DNA of 62,631 nt, counting the filler. It is 6 parts of 6 records of this genome, joined end to end, with 100 filler letters (N's around TTAATTAATTAA, not from the genome) between each part and the next. Parts side by side here need not be neighbours in the genome. Positions count along the whole stretch, not along the records: positions 1 to 9,504 come from SRR22947725_2627; positions 9,605 to 20,396 come from SRR22947725_2629; 4 more parts are not named here. One strand, written 5' to 3'. The translations under genes were made by a program, and so were the position numbers. Below are positions 1 to 10,377 of the stretch, piece by piece. A model generated the notes under the pieces. That model did not search any database. It worked only from the letters and a program-made list of their open reading frames with translations, and was not told the origin of the DNA. Positions within the stretch are counted from its first letter, which is position 1, and each line of letters opens with the position of its first letter.

Positions 1-74
1 GGGTCATATTGGATTCGAACCAATGACTTCTACCCTGTCAAGGTAACACTCTGAACCAACTGAGTTAATGACCC
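1..74 (-). tRNA. tRNA-Val(GAC), discriminator base just off the window edge
   Basis: Reverse complement GGGTCATTAACTCAGTTGGTTCAGAGTGTTACCTTGACAGGGTAGAAGTCATTGGTTCGAATCCAATATGACCC folds as a cloverleaf, with acceptor GGGTCAT/ATGACCC, anticodon loop TT-GAC-AG and T-loop GGTTCGAAT. Confidence 0.93.
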
Positions 75-189
75 TATTGAGGTGCTAAATTTATAAATTA
101 AAATTTATATTTAGCTTATTAATTAAACTGAATTTTGAAATCGTTTAATTTTTAAAAATAGCATTTGGTTTATTTTTTATATTAGTAAT

Positions 190-297
190 ATGAAGCGAAA
201 AGAAAAAATGATTAGATTTTGGATTGATATTGTATTTAAAATTATTGTATTTATTGCTGCTGTAATTGCTATGAAGTTAATCTTCTTTAAATCATAA
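190..297 (+). CDS. Putative 35-aa single-pass membrane microprotein (below the ORF-track cutoff)
   Basis: Hand translation MKRKEKMIRFWIDIVFKIIVFIAAVIAMKLIFFKS*: basic N-terminus plus a hydrophobic helix. Preceded by TTTG and TATATTAG (Bacteroidota -33/-7-like elements). Confidence 0.5.
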   Translation: MKRKEKMIRFWIDIVFKIIVFIAAVIAMKLIFFKS

Positions 298-304
298 ACA
301 ATAC

Positions 305-1126
305 TTATTTTTTATTAAATACAACTGGGAACGAATAACGAATCGCTACAGGGTAATCATTTTTTAAAGCAGGTTCTAAAGAAGGTATTTTTTTAATCAC
401 CTTTTCAGCTTGAACTCCATAATCTTCAGGACCAAAAGAGTTTATTTCAAAAATATTTCCGTCATTTTCAATAATCAGATCTAAAAAAACAATTACCTGA
501 TTACTACCATCATTATGAGTTTTCGGATACTTTAAATGTTTTTTCACATAAAACTGCATGTTTTCTTTAAAAAGGGTAATAGAAGTTTCTGGTGTAACAT
601 CTTTAGCTTTAGGAAATAATGGAGCCCAATCTATATTCTCTAAACTAAACACATCATTAGGATCAAAATTTTGTGTTTCATTTCTGTAGGTAACCGGGAT
701 TCTTATTGGAAAAGGCTTAACAACTCCATCAACCTTTCCTGGTCTAAAGACAGGAAGTTCATTAAATATTTTCATTGCTGCTTGTTCAAATATCGAATTA
801 GCTGTATTTAAAGCATCAGCGTCATTAAATTCAACACCAACTATTGAAGATTTAGCAAACAGTTTATCAACTTTCCCATTAACATCTATCTCAAAAAAAA
901 CATTAACAACAGATTGTAAACCTAATTCTTTAGCTGTTTCGGGAAAAATAAAATATTTTTCAATATGCTCAGCTATAGTTTCATTAAAACAAATACTTTG
1001 ATTCTTTACGGGAACTAATTTACATATTGGAAATACAGGATATTCTTTAACAACTGGATTATTTTCTTGAGATTGCAGAAAAGAAAAAAAGCATATAAAA
1101 AAAAACGAAAGTAATTTGTTGTACAT
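305..1126 (-). CDS. Energy transducer TonB family protein (two TonB C-terminal domains)
   Basis: Two repeats of P.FP...Y/FP..A...V.V.F.I...G...LP...PG/A...V.Y..PV.F; N-terminal signal peptide. Confidence 0.8.
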   Translation of the reverse strand: MYNKLLSFFFICFFSFLQSQENNPVVKEYPVFPICKLVPVKNQSICFNETIAEHIEKYFIFPETAKELGLQSVVNVFFEIDVNGKVDKLFAKSSIVGVEFNDADALNTANSIFEQAAMKIFNELPVFRPGKVDGVVKPFPIRIPVTYRNETQNFDPNDVFSLENIDWAPLFPKAKDVTPETSITLFKENMQFYVKKHLKYPKTHNDGSNQVIVFLDLIIENDGNIFEINSFGPEDYGVQAEKVIKKIPSLEPALKNDYPVAIRYSFPVVFNKK

Positions 1127-1217
1127 AAAATATATTTAAATAATGTTTGTTAAAAAAGCTAAAGTACAATTTAGATAACTTTTTATTACTTTAGTAATGT
1201 AATAAAATATTAGTGAT

Positions 1218-1895
1218 ATGAGATTTTATAAATATATATTGCCTTTCTTTTTAATAGCATTATTGGGTTCTTGTGAAAATATGGATCAAGAAATGTCTGA
1301 TGACGAATTAATTCAAGCTATTATTAGTTCAGAAAATCGAATCTCAGTAACAAAAAATGATCTTCCAAAAACAGCAATATCTACTCTTAACTTTAAAATG
1401 GATAATGATGTGATTCGTTATGCAGAACTAGCACCAGAGCTAGGGTTTGAAATTGAAATGAAAAGTTGGGAATTTTTTGATTTTGAGTTAGATTATGAAA
1501 GAAATGATAATAAATATTTCACAACAGAGGGAAGAGAATTAGAATCTAATAAAGAAAACAAAGACAGTTGGGGTGACAAAAAAAATAAAGATAGTAAGAA
1601 AAAAAGAGGGCCTTGCTTTAAATTTGTATACCCAATATCATATACAATGGGGGATAACTCTGTGATTACGGGAGATAACAGAAAAGAAATTCACAATCAG
1701 ATAAAAATCTATTTTGAAATCAATGGTAAAACAAAAGAAAATAAGCCTAATTTAAACTTTCCCATACAAATTTTAACGCTGGATGATAATAAACAAGTTT
1801 TGACTAAAGATATTTTATCTCTTGAAGATTTAAAAGTTTTATGGAAAATATGTAAAGGTGACAAAAAAGAAGATGGAGATAAAAAGAATGATTAA
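1218..1895 (+). CDS. Hypothetical lipoprotein
   Basis: Lipobox LLGSC followed by an acidic stretch; CFKFVYPISY motif typical of Bacteroidota lipoproteins. Confidence 0.7.
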   Translation: MRFYKYILPFFLIALLGSCENMDQEMSDDELIQAIISSENRISVTKNDLPKTAISTLNFKMDNDVIRYAELAPELGFEIEMKSWEFFDFELDYERNDNKYFTTEGRELESNKENKDSWGDKKNKDSKKKRGPCFKFVYPISYTMGDNSVITGDNRKEIHNQIKIYFEINGKTKENKPNLNFPIQILTLDDNKQVLTKDILSLEDLKVLWKICKGDKKEDGDKKND

Positions 1896-1932
1896 TAGTA
1901 CTTTCTCATAGGTTATACATTTATAAATTAAT

Positions 1933-3279
1933 TTAATTACTATTTCTAACCTTTCTCAACCTTTCTTTCCATTGATTATAGTTTTCTTTAGGCAAATCTG
2001 GAATAGTGTCTAATGATTTTTTTAATAAATTAAATACTTCATTTTCTTTTTCAGTTAAATTAATAGTCGAAATAGGTCTCTTTTCATAAATATCCTCGGA
2101 ATATTTAAAAAATTCACCTTTCTTGTACAGCTTATAATCCTTACTTTGAGCAAAAATTCCTCTATCGAGTCCTCTTGTTGACCACATTGGATTATAATAA
2201 GTTACTAAAACGTCTCTTTCCAAATAACTATCATCTAACAAAAGTGGAATTAAACTTTTTCCATAAGATTCATGATTTTTAACATTAAGAATGTCTTCAA
2301 AAGTTGCATAAAAATCCGTGAGATCTATTAATGCATCGCTAACTCTGTAATCGTTAATTTTAGTATTCCAATTAATTATCAAAGGAACGTTTGAAGCATG
2401 TTTAATTGTTCTTCCTTTAGAACCTTGTATCTGATATCCGTTATTTAAGGTTGTCACTTTTGTGTCTGTTCCGTTATCTCCCAAAAAAATCAAAATTGTA
2501 TTTTTATCTAAATTGTTTTTTGTTAATGCGTCTGAAATTTCTCCAATAACCTTGTCCATGTACGTAACCATTTCTGAAAAATATTTTGGATTATTGCCAA
2601 TATTTCTTTTGCTTAGGTCATTCCAATCTTCAGAATCAGGCGTAGGACGAAAAGGATCATGAACTAATGCCATTGGATAATAAACAAAAAAAGGAGTGTT
2701 CTTATTTCGTTCAATGTAATCTACTATAAAATTTGAAAAGATATTGGGTCCATAATCATCAATAGTGGTTTCTATTTTTTTTCCATTTTGAAAAATATTT
2801 GGATTGGTAAATCTATCACCTCTTTCAGTTAACCACCATAGACAATACTCATCAAATCCGGCATCATAAGGTCTATCTAAGTTTTGGTTATTTTCTAAAT
2901 CAAATTGAACTCCATTTAATTGCCATTTACCTACAATTGAAGTTTTATAACCGTTTTCTTGAAATAAATTTCCAAAAGTTTTTTGACTAGGGTTTAAATA
3001 TGTGAAATATTCATAATTAACATAATTTGGTTTACCAGTCATGATTTTAACCCTTGTAGGACTGCATAGGGGTTGAGAATAGGCGTTAGTGAAATTGATA
3101 CCGTTTCTAGCTAAAGAATCTAAAACAGGAGTTTTATAATTAATAGCTCCATTTAATCCTAATGCTTCAAATCCAATATCGTCAGCCATTATTAAAATCA
3201 CATTAGGTTTATCGATTTTTAGTTCAGTGCTGCAAGAAAAAAAACATAATGATAAAAAAAGAAAAAATATATATTTCAT
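1933..3279 (-). CDS. Cys-type (S1) sulfatase, lipoprotein
   Basis: KPNVILIMADDIG, CSPTR (CxPxR) signature, GKWQL, GDNG; lipobox FFSC. Confidence 0.92.
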   Translation of the reverse strand: MKYIFFLFLSLCFFSCSTELKIDKPNVILIMADDIGFEALGLNGAINYKTPVLDSLARNGINFTNAYSQPLCSPTRVKIMTGKPNYVNYEYFTYLNPSQKTFGNLFQENGYKTSIVGKWQLNGVQFDLENNQNLDRPYDAGFDEYCLWWLTERGDRFTNPNIFQNGKKIETTIDDYGPNIFSNFIVDYIERNKNTPFFVYYPMALVHDPFRPTPDSEDWNDLSKRNIGNNPKYFSEMVTYMDKVIGEISDALTKNNLDKNTILIFLGDNGTDTKVTTLNNGYQIQGSKGRTIKHASNVPLIINWNTKINDYRVSDALIDLTDFYATFEDILNVKNHESYGKSLIPLLLDDSYLERDVLVTYYNPMWSTRGLDRGIFAQSKDYKLYKKGEFFKYSEDIYEKRPISTINLTEKENEVFNLLKKSLDTIPDLPKENYNQWKERLRKVRNSN

Positions 3280-3321
3280 AATACGGTTTTTTGATTTATA
3301 AAAATTAGATCTTAAACACTT

Positions 3322-3510
3322 TTAAGACTTATTTATTTTATTCCATGCAAAAAACATAGCTGAAGCAAAAAAAAATAAAGCGCCTAACGGTAATAAAAAG
3401 AAAGGTTCGTTTAGATATCCATTTTCATCAACATCTGATCCAATTATAAAAAATAAAGCATAGCAGGATAAACTAATTATAAATAAAATTAATGGTAATT
3501 TTTTCTTCAT
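3322..3510 (-). CDS. Small two-TM protein, DUF3955-like
   Basis: Two hydrophobic helices flanking GSDVDENGYLNEPFFLLPLG. Confidence 0.7.
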   Translation of the reverse strand: MKKKLPLILFIISLSCYALFFIIGSDVDENGYLNEPFFLLPLGALFFFASAMFFAWNKINKS

Positions 3511-3590
3511 ACTTGATTAATTAACATTTAATATTTGTCAAATCTATATAAAGCTAATATTTTATTTTATTTTTGGACAGATTTAAAAAA

Positions 3591-4211
3591 ATGAAACATA
3601 TTACAAAACAAGATTTAAAAGATATGAATCGCATATATCGTTTAAATTTAATAAATAGTTGTACTGGCTATAAATCTGCTAATTTAATTGGATCAGTTTC
3701 TACACAAAATATTCATAATGTCGCAGTATTTAGCTCCATAACTCACCTAGGAAGTGACCCAGCTTTACTAACTTTCATTGTAAGGCCTACAACTGTTCCT
3801 AGGGATACCTATAAAAATATTATTGACAACAAAGAATTTACAGTTAATCACATAAATGTTGATGACATTAAAGAAGCTCACCATACATCTGCTAGATATC
3901 CATCTGTTATTTCTGAATTTGATATGACCAAACTAGAAAAAGAATTTAAGGATGATTATAAATCACCATTTGTAAAATCGTCTAGAATTAAATTAGGGTG
4001 TAAATACTTAAATCAATACGAAATTAAAGAAAATAACACTTTATTAATGGTTGCTGAAATAAACGATATTTATTTTAGTGAAGAAATTATTCAAAATGAC
4101 GGCTGGTTAAACTTAGAAAAAGCCAAAACCGTTACTGTTAATGGGCTTGATGGTTATGCACTACCAAGCCTAGTAAATAGGTTCGAATACGCTAGAAGAA
4201 AAGATGACTAA
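3591..4211 (+). CDS. Flavin reductase (DIM6/NTAB) family protein
   Basis: GYKSANLIG, NVAVFSS..HLGS.P, RDTYKNI...EFTVNH. ATG 3591 chosen because TATTTTTG (Bacteroidota -7 element) covers the upstream TTG. Confidence 0.85.
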   Translation: MKHITKQDLKDMNRIYRLNLINSCTGYKSANLIGSVSTQNIHNVAVFSSITHLGSDPALLTFIVRPTTVPRDTYKNIIDNKEFTVNHINVDDIKEAHHTSARYPSVISEFDMTKLEKEFKDDYKSPFVKSSRIKLGCKYLNQYEIKENNTLLMVAEINDIYFSEEIIQNDGWLNLEKAKTVTVNGLDGYALPSLVNRFEYARRKDD

Positions 4212-4845
4212 TTTTATAGACAATAAAATTTTAGAATATTCTGAAATCAATTCGCAGAAAGAACCTAGTTTACTAAAGGAGCTTAACAGAGAAACTCACT
4301 TAAAAATTTTAAATCCCAGAATGTTAAGTGGTGCTTTTCAAGGTAGATTATTATCATTAATATCTAAATTAATTAACCCTGAAAAAATTTTAGAAATAGG
4401 AACTTATACTGGATATTCTGCATTATGTTTATACGAAGGATTGGATAAAAAAGGTGTGATTCATACTATTGATAAAAACGAAGAATTATTTGAAATACAA
4501 AAGAAATATTTTGAAAAAACTGGAGAAAAAGAAAAATTTATTCAACATACAGGAAATGCATTAAAAATAATTCCAACAATCAATGAAACTTTTGATTTAA
4601 TTTTTTTAGATGCAGATAAAGAAAATTATATTAATTATTTTAATTGTATAATAAATAAATTAAATAAAAAAGGAGTGATTTTGGCTGACAATGTGCTTTG
4701 GAGCGGAAAGGTAGCAGATGAAAAACAACAAGACGAAACCACAAAAATATTAAGAGAGTTTAATAATATGGTAAATAATGATTGTAGAGTAGAAACAATA
4801 TTACTACCAATAAGAGATGGTATTTCTTTAATTAGAAAAATCTAA
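4204..4845 (+). CDS. Class I SAM-dependent O-methyltransferase (YrrM/CCoAOMT-like)
   Basis: ILEIGTYTGYSA, FDLIFLDADKENY, ADNVLWSG. Confidence 0.92.
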   Translation: MTNFIDNKILEYSEINSQKEPSLLKELNRETHLKILNPRMLSGAFQGRLLSLISKLINPEKILEIGTYTGYSALCLYEGLDKKGVIHTIDKNEELFEIQKKYFEKTGEKEKFIQHTGNALKIIPTINETFDLIFLDADKENYINYFNCIINKLNKKGVILADNVLWSGKVADEKQQDETTKILREFNNMVNNDCRVETILLPIRDGISLIRKI

Positions 4846-5105
4846 AATTTTCTTTTTATTGATCCCCCTAAGTCGTCCATTTTTTCTTTCACTTCATCAA
4901 TCTCTTTTTTTATTGAATCAGTATCAATTCCTTGATTTTCAGCACTTTTTTTTATTTCAGACTTAATGTCTTCAGTTGCGTCTTTAACTTGACGAATACC
5001 TTTTCCAAGGCCTTTGGCAATTTCAGGAATTTTATCGGCTCCAAAAACTAATAATACAATTAATCCAATAAAAAGAATTTCGGGACCACTTATAAATAAG
5101 ATCAT
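4842..5105 (-). CDS. tatA: Twin-arginine translocase TatA/E subunit
   Basis: SGPEI....LLVFGADKIPEIAKGLGKGIRQVKDA. Confidence 0.9.
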   Translation of the reverse strand: MILFISGPEILFIGLIVLLVFGADKIPEIAKGLGKGIRQVKDATEDIKSEIKKSAENQGIDTDSIKKEIDEVKEKMDDLGGSIKRKF

Positions 5106-5130
5106 AAATAATTTTATATAATGTAAATAT

Positions 5131-5163
5131 AAAAAAAGGTCAATTAAAAAATTGACCTTTTTT
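5131..5163 (-). terminator. Intrinsic terminator after the M1 peptidase gene
   Basis: AAAAAAAGGTCAATT-AAAA-AATTGACCTTTTTT perfect inverted repeat with T/A tails. Confidence 0.8.
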
Positions 5164-5164
5164 A

Positions 5165-7441
5165 TTAACCTTTAACCTTTGATTTAAATTTATCAAATTC
5201 AGATTCATCTTGTTTTTTAGGCCATGAATTATTTGACGTATCAATGTCAGCTGTTTCTAAATCTGGATCTAAATTAATATTTATAATTTTTTTATTTGAA
5301 GTAATTAATTTTTTTACTTCATTATCATTTTTTCTCCAAACTTGAGCAGGGTAAGTAATTCTTTTTGTTGTTCCGTCTTCATATTCAATATCAACAATAA
5401 TCGGCATAACTAAACCTCCTGGTTTTTCAAAAACAACTTCATAAAAGAATTTTGGAACTTCTTTATTAGAAAGTTCATTTTCATTTAGATAATTATTAAG
5501 CAATTTCGAATTATCTAGAGGATCTTTATCTTTTATACTATTAGTATCATTTTCAAAATTTTCTAAGAATACTAGTGGTCTTAATTTTGTGATTCCTCGT
5601 TCTTCCATTATTTTTTTCACTGCAACACTTGGTTCGTTAGAAACAAAATACTGGTTCACTTCCTTAATTCCAATATCAACATAATCAGTTGTATAAAACC
5701 ATCCTCTCCAAAACCAATCTAAATCAACAGCAGATGCATCTTCCATAGTTCTAAAAAAATCTTCAGGACTTGGATGTTTAAACATCCAACGCTTTGAATA
5801 TGTCTTAAAAGCATGATCAAATAATTCTTTACCCATAACTGTTTCTCTTAAAATATTTAGAGCTGTAGCAGGTTTACCGTAAGCATTAGGACCTAGGCTG
5901 TATACATTTTCAGGATTACTCATTATTGGTGCTAAAAAGTTTTGATCAACACCCATATATCTTGTTATCATATTTGCAGGCCCTCTATCTGATGGAAAAT
6001 TTTCAAGTGGATAAATAATTTCTGGAATATCTTTACCTAATTTTTGTTCAGTAATATATTGAACAAAAGTATTGATTCCTTCGTCCATCCAAGCCCATTG
6101 TCTTTCATCATTATTGACAATCATTGGAAACCAATTATGTCCAACCTCATGAATTATCACACCTATCATTCCAAATTTTACATCGTCAGAATAAGATCCG
6201 TCTATATTAGGTCTTCCAAAATTAAAACATATCATAGGGTATTCCATTCCAATTTGTTTTGCGTGAACAGAAATGGCTTTATGATAAGGATAATCAAATG
6301 TGTAATCTGAATAAGTTTTTAAAGTTTCAGCTACAACAACAGTTGAATAATCTTCCCACAAAGGGTTACCTTCCTTTGGATACATAGAAACAGCCATCAC
6401 ATCTTTATCTCCAATTTTAACTGCCATCATATCCCATATAAACTTTCTAGAGGTTGCAAAGGCAAAATCTCTAACATTTTCAGCTTGAAAATGCCATGTT
6501 TTTTTCTTTTTTGAAAACCCTTTTTCAACTTCTTCAGCTTCAGCCTGAGTAACTATCATTACAGGCTTATCATACGTTTTTTTAGCTTTATTGTAACGTT
6601 TAATCATTTCCTTAGAAAATACATTTTTTCTATTTTGAAGTTCACCAGTTGCGTCTAAAATATGGTCAGAAGGAACAGTTATTTTTACATCATAATTTCC
6701 AAATGGTAAAGCAAATTCACCGTCTCCCCAAAATTGATAATTTTGCCAGCCTTCAACTTCGTTATAAACAGCCATTCTAGGAAAAAATTGAGCAATGATA
6801 TAAACTCTATTACCATCCTTATCAAAAGATTCATATCCAGATCTTCCGTCTTGGTTAACATGATCTTGAATATTGTACCACCACTTGATTGAAAAAGAAA
6901 AACTTTCCCCACTTTTAAGTATGTTAGGTAAATCAACCCTCATCATGGTTTGATTGACAAAATGTTTTAATGGATTTTTATTTTCGTCAACAACGTATTC
7001 AATGTTAAATCCTCCATCAAATGAATCAGTTAAAAATTCCTTTGTAAAACCAGATGGAAGATATGCAGGAGAAACACCACCTCCATCAATTAGAAGAGAT
7101 GGAGAATCTTTTTTTCTTATATTTTGATCTAATTGAACCCATAAATACTCTAAATTATCAGGTGAATTGTTCGTATACGTTATAGTTTCAGAACCATAAA
7201 TTCTTTTATTTTCGTCATCTAACTCAATATCCATTTTGTAATCAGCTTGTTGCTGGTAATATGCTGGACCCGGTGCTCCGGAAGCTGTTCTAAACATATT
7301 AGGAGAAGAAAATTCTTGATAAAGCTGTCTAAACTTGTTAACATTGATGTTTTCTTGATTTCTTTCTTTTGCATCCTGAGAAAAACCAACGAATGAAACA
7401 AAAAATCCAAGAACAAGCAATACTATCTTTTTATAATTCAT
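5165..7441 (-). CDS. M1 family zinc aminopeptidase
   Basis: GMEYP, HEVGH-x18-E (HEVGHNWFPMIVNNDERQWAWMDEG); signal peptide. Confidence 0.92.
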   Translation of the reverse strand: MNYKKIVLLVLGFFVSFVGFSQDAKERNQENINVNKFRQLYQEFSSPNMFRTASGAPGPAYYQQQADYKMDIELDDENKRIYGSETITYTNNSPDNLEYLWVQLDQNIRKKDSPSLLIDGGGVSPAYLPSGFTKEFLTDSFDGGFNIEYVVDENKNPLKHFVNQTMMRVDLPNILKSGESFSFSIKWWYNIQDHVNQDGRSGYESFDKDGNRVYIIAQFFPRMAVYNEVEGWQNYQFWGDGEFALPFGNYDVKITVPSDHILDATGELQNRKNVFSKEMIKRYNKAKKTYDKPVMIVTQAEAEEVEKGFSKKKKTWHFQAENVRDFAFATSRKFIWDMMAVKIGDKDVMAVSMYPKEGNPLWEDYSTVVVAETLKTYSDYTFDYPYHKAISVHAKQIGMEYPMICFNFGRPNIDGSYSDDVKFGMIGVIIHEVGHNWFPMIVNNDERQWAWMDEGINTFVQYITEQKLGKDIPEIIYPLENFPSDRGPANMITRYMGVDQNFLAPIMSNPENVYSLGPNAYGKPATALNILRETVMGKELFDHAFKTYSKRWMFKHPSPEDFFRTMEDASAVDLDWFWRGWFYTTDYVDIGIKEVNQYFVSNEPSVAVKKIMEERGITKLRPLVFLENFENDTNSIKDKDPLDNSKLLNNYLNENELSNKEVPKFFYEVVFEKPGGLVMPIIVDIEYEDGTTKRITYPAQVWRKNDNEVKKLITSNKKIININLDPDLETADIDTSNNSWPKKQDESEFDKFKSKVKG

Positions 7442-7476
7442 AATTATTTTTTGAAGATTAAATTTAGTGAAATTGT

Positions 7477-7965
7477 TTAAATATTAAGTGAAAGAATCGA
7501 ATTATTCAATCTTGATATAAAACTCTTTTTAATACCGTTCTTTTTTACATGTATAATGTTTTGTTGTTCAGAATAAAGATCAAATAAAAGTTTATTGTCT
7601 AAACTAATAACATTAAAACTAGGAAGTTTTTCAATTTCTAAATAAAATACAAACATCTCATTTTTGTTCTCTAAACCTAAAAAGTTTAATTTATTTTTTA
7701 CACCATCGAACGAAACAGTAAGAAAAGAATTGAAATAATTATTGATATTGCTATGAAATGTAGAGTCAATAAGTACCTGATCAGTTAACACACGATTTAT
7801 AGAGTATTTTTTTTTGAGAGCATCTTTAAAATCATCTTTGAACAATCTTATGGTAATTTGAAGTGAATTAGTGTCTGTAAAATTAAAAAGAGATGTACTC
7901 ACGTAGTATTTATGAGAAGAAAAACCCAAACAAAAAATTATTAAAAGCAACTTAAATTTATTCAT
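7477..7965 (-). CDS. DUF6702-like exported protein
   Basis: HKYYVS..., LQITIRLF.DD, EQQNIIH; usual neighbour of the M1 peptidase in Flavobacteria. ATG 7965 overlaps the upstream stop. Confidence 0.7.
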   Translation of the reverse strand: MNKFKLLLIIFCLGFSSHKYYVSTSLFNFTDTNSLQITIRLFKDDFKDALKKKYSINRVLTDQVLIDSTFHSNINNYFNSFLTVSFDGVKNKLNFLGLENKNEMFVFYLEIEKLPSFNVISLDNKLLFDLYSEQQNIIHVKKNGIKKSFISRLNNSILSLNI

Positions 7966-8746
7966 TTCTACTTTTATAAAATTTATCAAATGCTTCTAAA
8001 ACTAATCCATGATTTGAAAGTTTAAAATCATTTTGGATTGAACTATTTTCAATAGCTCCAAGTACAAATTCATACACCTCATCTTGCGTTAGATTATAAG
8101 ATCTTGAAAAAAAACTGACTCCGTAAAACTCTATAACATCTAATGTAGTTATGTTTTGCTTATCCCATACTCTTCTTTTTTTTAATCTATTATAATATCC
8201 ACTTAGATTTTTATACAAAGCTTCAATATTAATAGCCATTACTGGCAAACCAATAAAGGGTACAATTTTTTCAATTTTTTCTTCTCTAATTCCTTTAAAA
8301 CCAGGGATACCTACATCATCAAAATTTATTGGAACCTTTACGTTAGAATTTGCCATATCATCTAGTATATTTCCTGATAAGTTATGAGACCTAACTACTA
8401 CATTATTTAATTGATTTATAAACTGATCAACATAAACTTTTAAAAATGATTGATCCAATATTTCTCCTTCCATTATAAGAACCCTAGGTTTAATTTGAAC
8501 TGAAGATATTATAATGGTGTCTTGTTTTTTAATTCCAATTTCAAAGATCCCGTTAATATCAGTTATTGTTTTAGAACCACTTGTCTTATTTATAATATGA
8601 ATTCCACTAATATTTATGGAATCATTTACAATTTCACCTTTTAAAACTTTAAAGTTTTGTTTAGTTTGTGAAAAACAAGAGATTAGTCCTAAAAAAAAAC
8701 AAACTATAAAACTAACCTCTCTCAAGTACCTTTTTAAATTTATCAC
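7958..8746 (-). CDS. Carboxypeptidase-regulatory-like domain exported protein
   Basis: IHIINKT...TITD.NG.FEI....DTIIISSVQ; true start may be downstream. Confidence 0.75.
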   Translation of the reverse strand: MINLKRYLREVSFIVCFFLGLISCFSQTKQNFKVLKGEIVNDSINISGIHIINKTSGSKTITDINGIFEIGIKKQDTIIISSVQIKPRVLIMEGEILDQSFLKVYVDQFINQLNNVVVRSHNLSGNILDDMANSNVKVPINFDDVGIPGFKGIREEKIEKIVPFIGLPVMAINIEALYKNLSGYYNRLKKRRVWDKQNITTLDVIEFYGVSFFSRSYNLTQDEVYEFVLGAIENSSIQNDFKLSNHGLVLEAFDKFYKSRNE

Positions 8747-9455
8747 TTTGTTTAATTAGAAAATCTAACAGCTTAAATTCATTGCTTTTTTTAAATAAAA
8801 ATTTTGAAGGAAATTTATCATCACAGAACAATAAAAATTCAGAGATATTTTGTTTTTTAAGCCCAAGATTTAATACAAAAAAAGCGTCATCGTATACCTC
8901 TCTTATTAAATCACTTGGTTTATAATTAGCATTACTTAATTGACTGTCTATTTCTCCACTTTTTGAAGTAGATTTAGCTATCATTTTATAAAGATTTATA
9001 AAATTTAATCCATTATTAAATGTTCCTGCTTTTAAAATTTGGTTTTCGATTTTAGATGATTTATCAAAATTGTAATAAGTTCTTTTAAATTCTTCCTCCT
9101 TTAAATCCAAAAACTTTTCTGTATTTTCCGGACCAACAACTACCTCATCTAATACAGTTACCTTTTCATTCACATCTATAACTAAACGACTTTTTTGAAG
9201 TATCTCTTTATTTATGACAACTGATCTGATTTGATATTGAACAGAGGAAAAAACAAGTCTGTCATTTAGCTTAACTAACATTTCAAATTCTCCATCACCA
9301 TCTGTTATTGTAGCTTGTCTGCTTGTATTATTTACTACGTTAGCAGATATCACATTACTATTTTTGTACAATACTTTTCCTCTAATCCAGGTTCTGTTAT
9401 CTGACTGAGAATAAACAAAATTTGAAATAAAAAATAATATAAAAACGTATCTCAT
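8712..9455 (-). CDS. Carboxypeptidase-regulatory-like domain exported protein (paralog of the neighbour)
   Basis: NVVNNT...TITDGDGEFEM....DRLVFSSVQY, LDEVVV. Confidence 0.78.
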   Translation of the reverse strand: MRYVFILFFISNFVYSQSDNRTWIRGKVLYKNSNVISANVVNNTSRQATITDGDGEFEMLVKLNDRLVFSSVQYQIRSVVINKEILQKSRLVIDVNEKVTVLDEVVVGPENTEKFLDLKEEEFKRTYYNFDKSSKIENQILKAGTFNNGLNFINLYKMIAKSTSKSGEIDSQLSNANYKPSDLIREVYDDAFFVLNLGLKKQNISEFLLFCDDKFPSKFLFKKSNEFKLLDFLIKQSDKFKKVLERG

Positions 9456-9468
9456 TAAAAATAAAATT

Positions 9469-9504
9469 GAGCGGGAGACCGGGTTCGAACCGGCGACATT
9501 CAGC
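9469..9504 (-). tRNA. 3' half of a tRNA, probably tRNA-Gly (truncated by contig end)
   Basis: Reverse complement GCTGAATGTCGCCGGTTCGAACCCGGTCTCCCGCTC: T-arm plus acceptor 3' strand CTCCCGC-T typical of tRNA-Gly; anticodon not visible. Confidence 0.75.
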
Positions 9505-9604
9505 NNNNNNNNNNNNNNNNNNNNNNNNNNNNNNNNNNNNNNNNNNNNTTAATTAATTAANNNNNNNNNNNNNNNNNNNNNNNNNNNNNNNNNNNNNNNN
9601 NNNN
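9505..9604. other. Artificial contig linker
   Basis: N-run + TTAATTAATTAA (stops in all frames) + N-run. Confidence 0.98.
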
Positions 9605-10279
9605 TCTTTTGTTCATTTTGCCTTTATTTTCTATTTTAATCGAACTTACAGAAGGAATTTCTGAAGTTCGATTTACATGAGTTCCTCCACAGGGCTGATA
9701 ATCAACATTATCTCCAATACGGATCATTCTAATTTCTCCGGATCCCCTTGGTGGTTTAACAGACATAGTTCTAACTAAGTCTGGATTGTTATCTAACTCA
9801 GAATCTTTTATTGAAGAAATACTTACCTCATAATTTTTTAGAATTAATTGGTTTAATTTATCTAATAATTCTTCTTTATTAGGTTTTGTTTCAAGGTCAA
9901 AATCTAATCTACCTCTTTTATAACCTATTGAACCTCCTGTTACTGGATAAGGTATTAAAGAGCATAATAAATGAAGGCATGTATGAACTTGCATATAACT
10001 ATACCTTTTAGACCAATCTAAAAAAAAATTTATATTATCATTTTTTTTCAATTGATCAGGTTTTTCAGTTAAATGAACTAATTCACGATTAATATATTTT
10101 GTCCCAATAATATTTATAGTCTTATTTCCTATATTTAGTTCTCCTTCGTCACCCGGCTGTCCACCACCTTCTGGGTAAAAAATTGTTTCATTAAAAACTA
10201 AACCCTCAGGTAAAATCTTTACTACTTTTGAACTATGTTCTTTTAAATATGAATTGTTCCTAAATAACTCGATTGTCAT
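9605..10279 (-). CDS. alaX: AlaX-type Ser/Gly-tRNA(Ala) editing protein (3' end truncated)
   Basis: TIFYPEGGGQPGD, HTCLH and CGGTH zinc ligands. Confidence 0.9.
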
Positions 10280-10377
10280 TTCATCTCCATTAATATAACT
10301 TAAACTTTAGTAACAAATCTCAAAACAAAATGTTATAAAAAAAATAATTACATATAATTTTAAAGGATAAAACAAAC

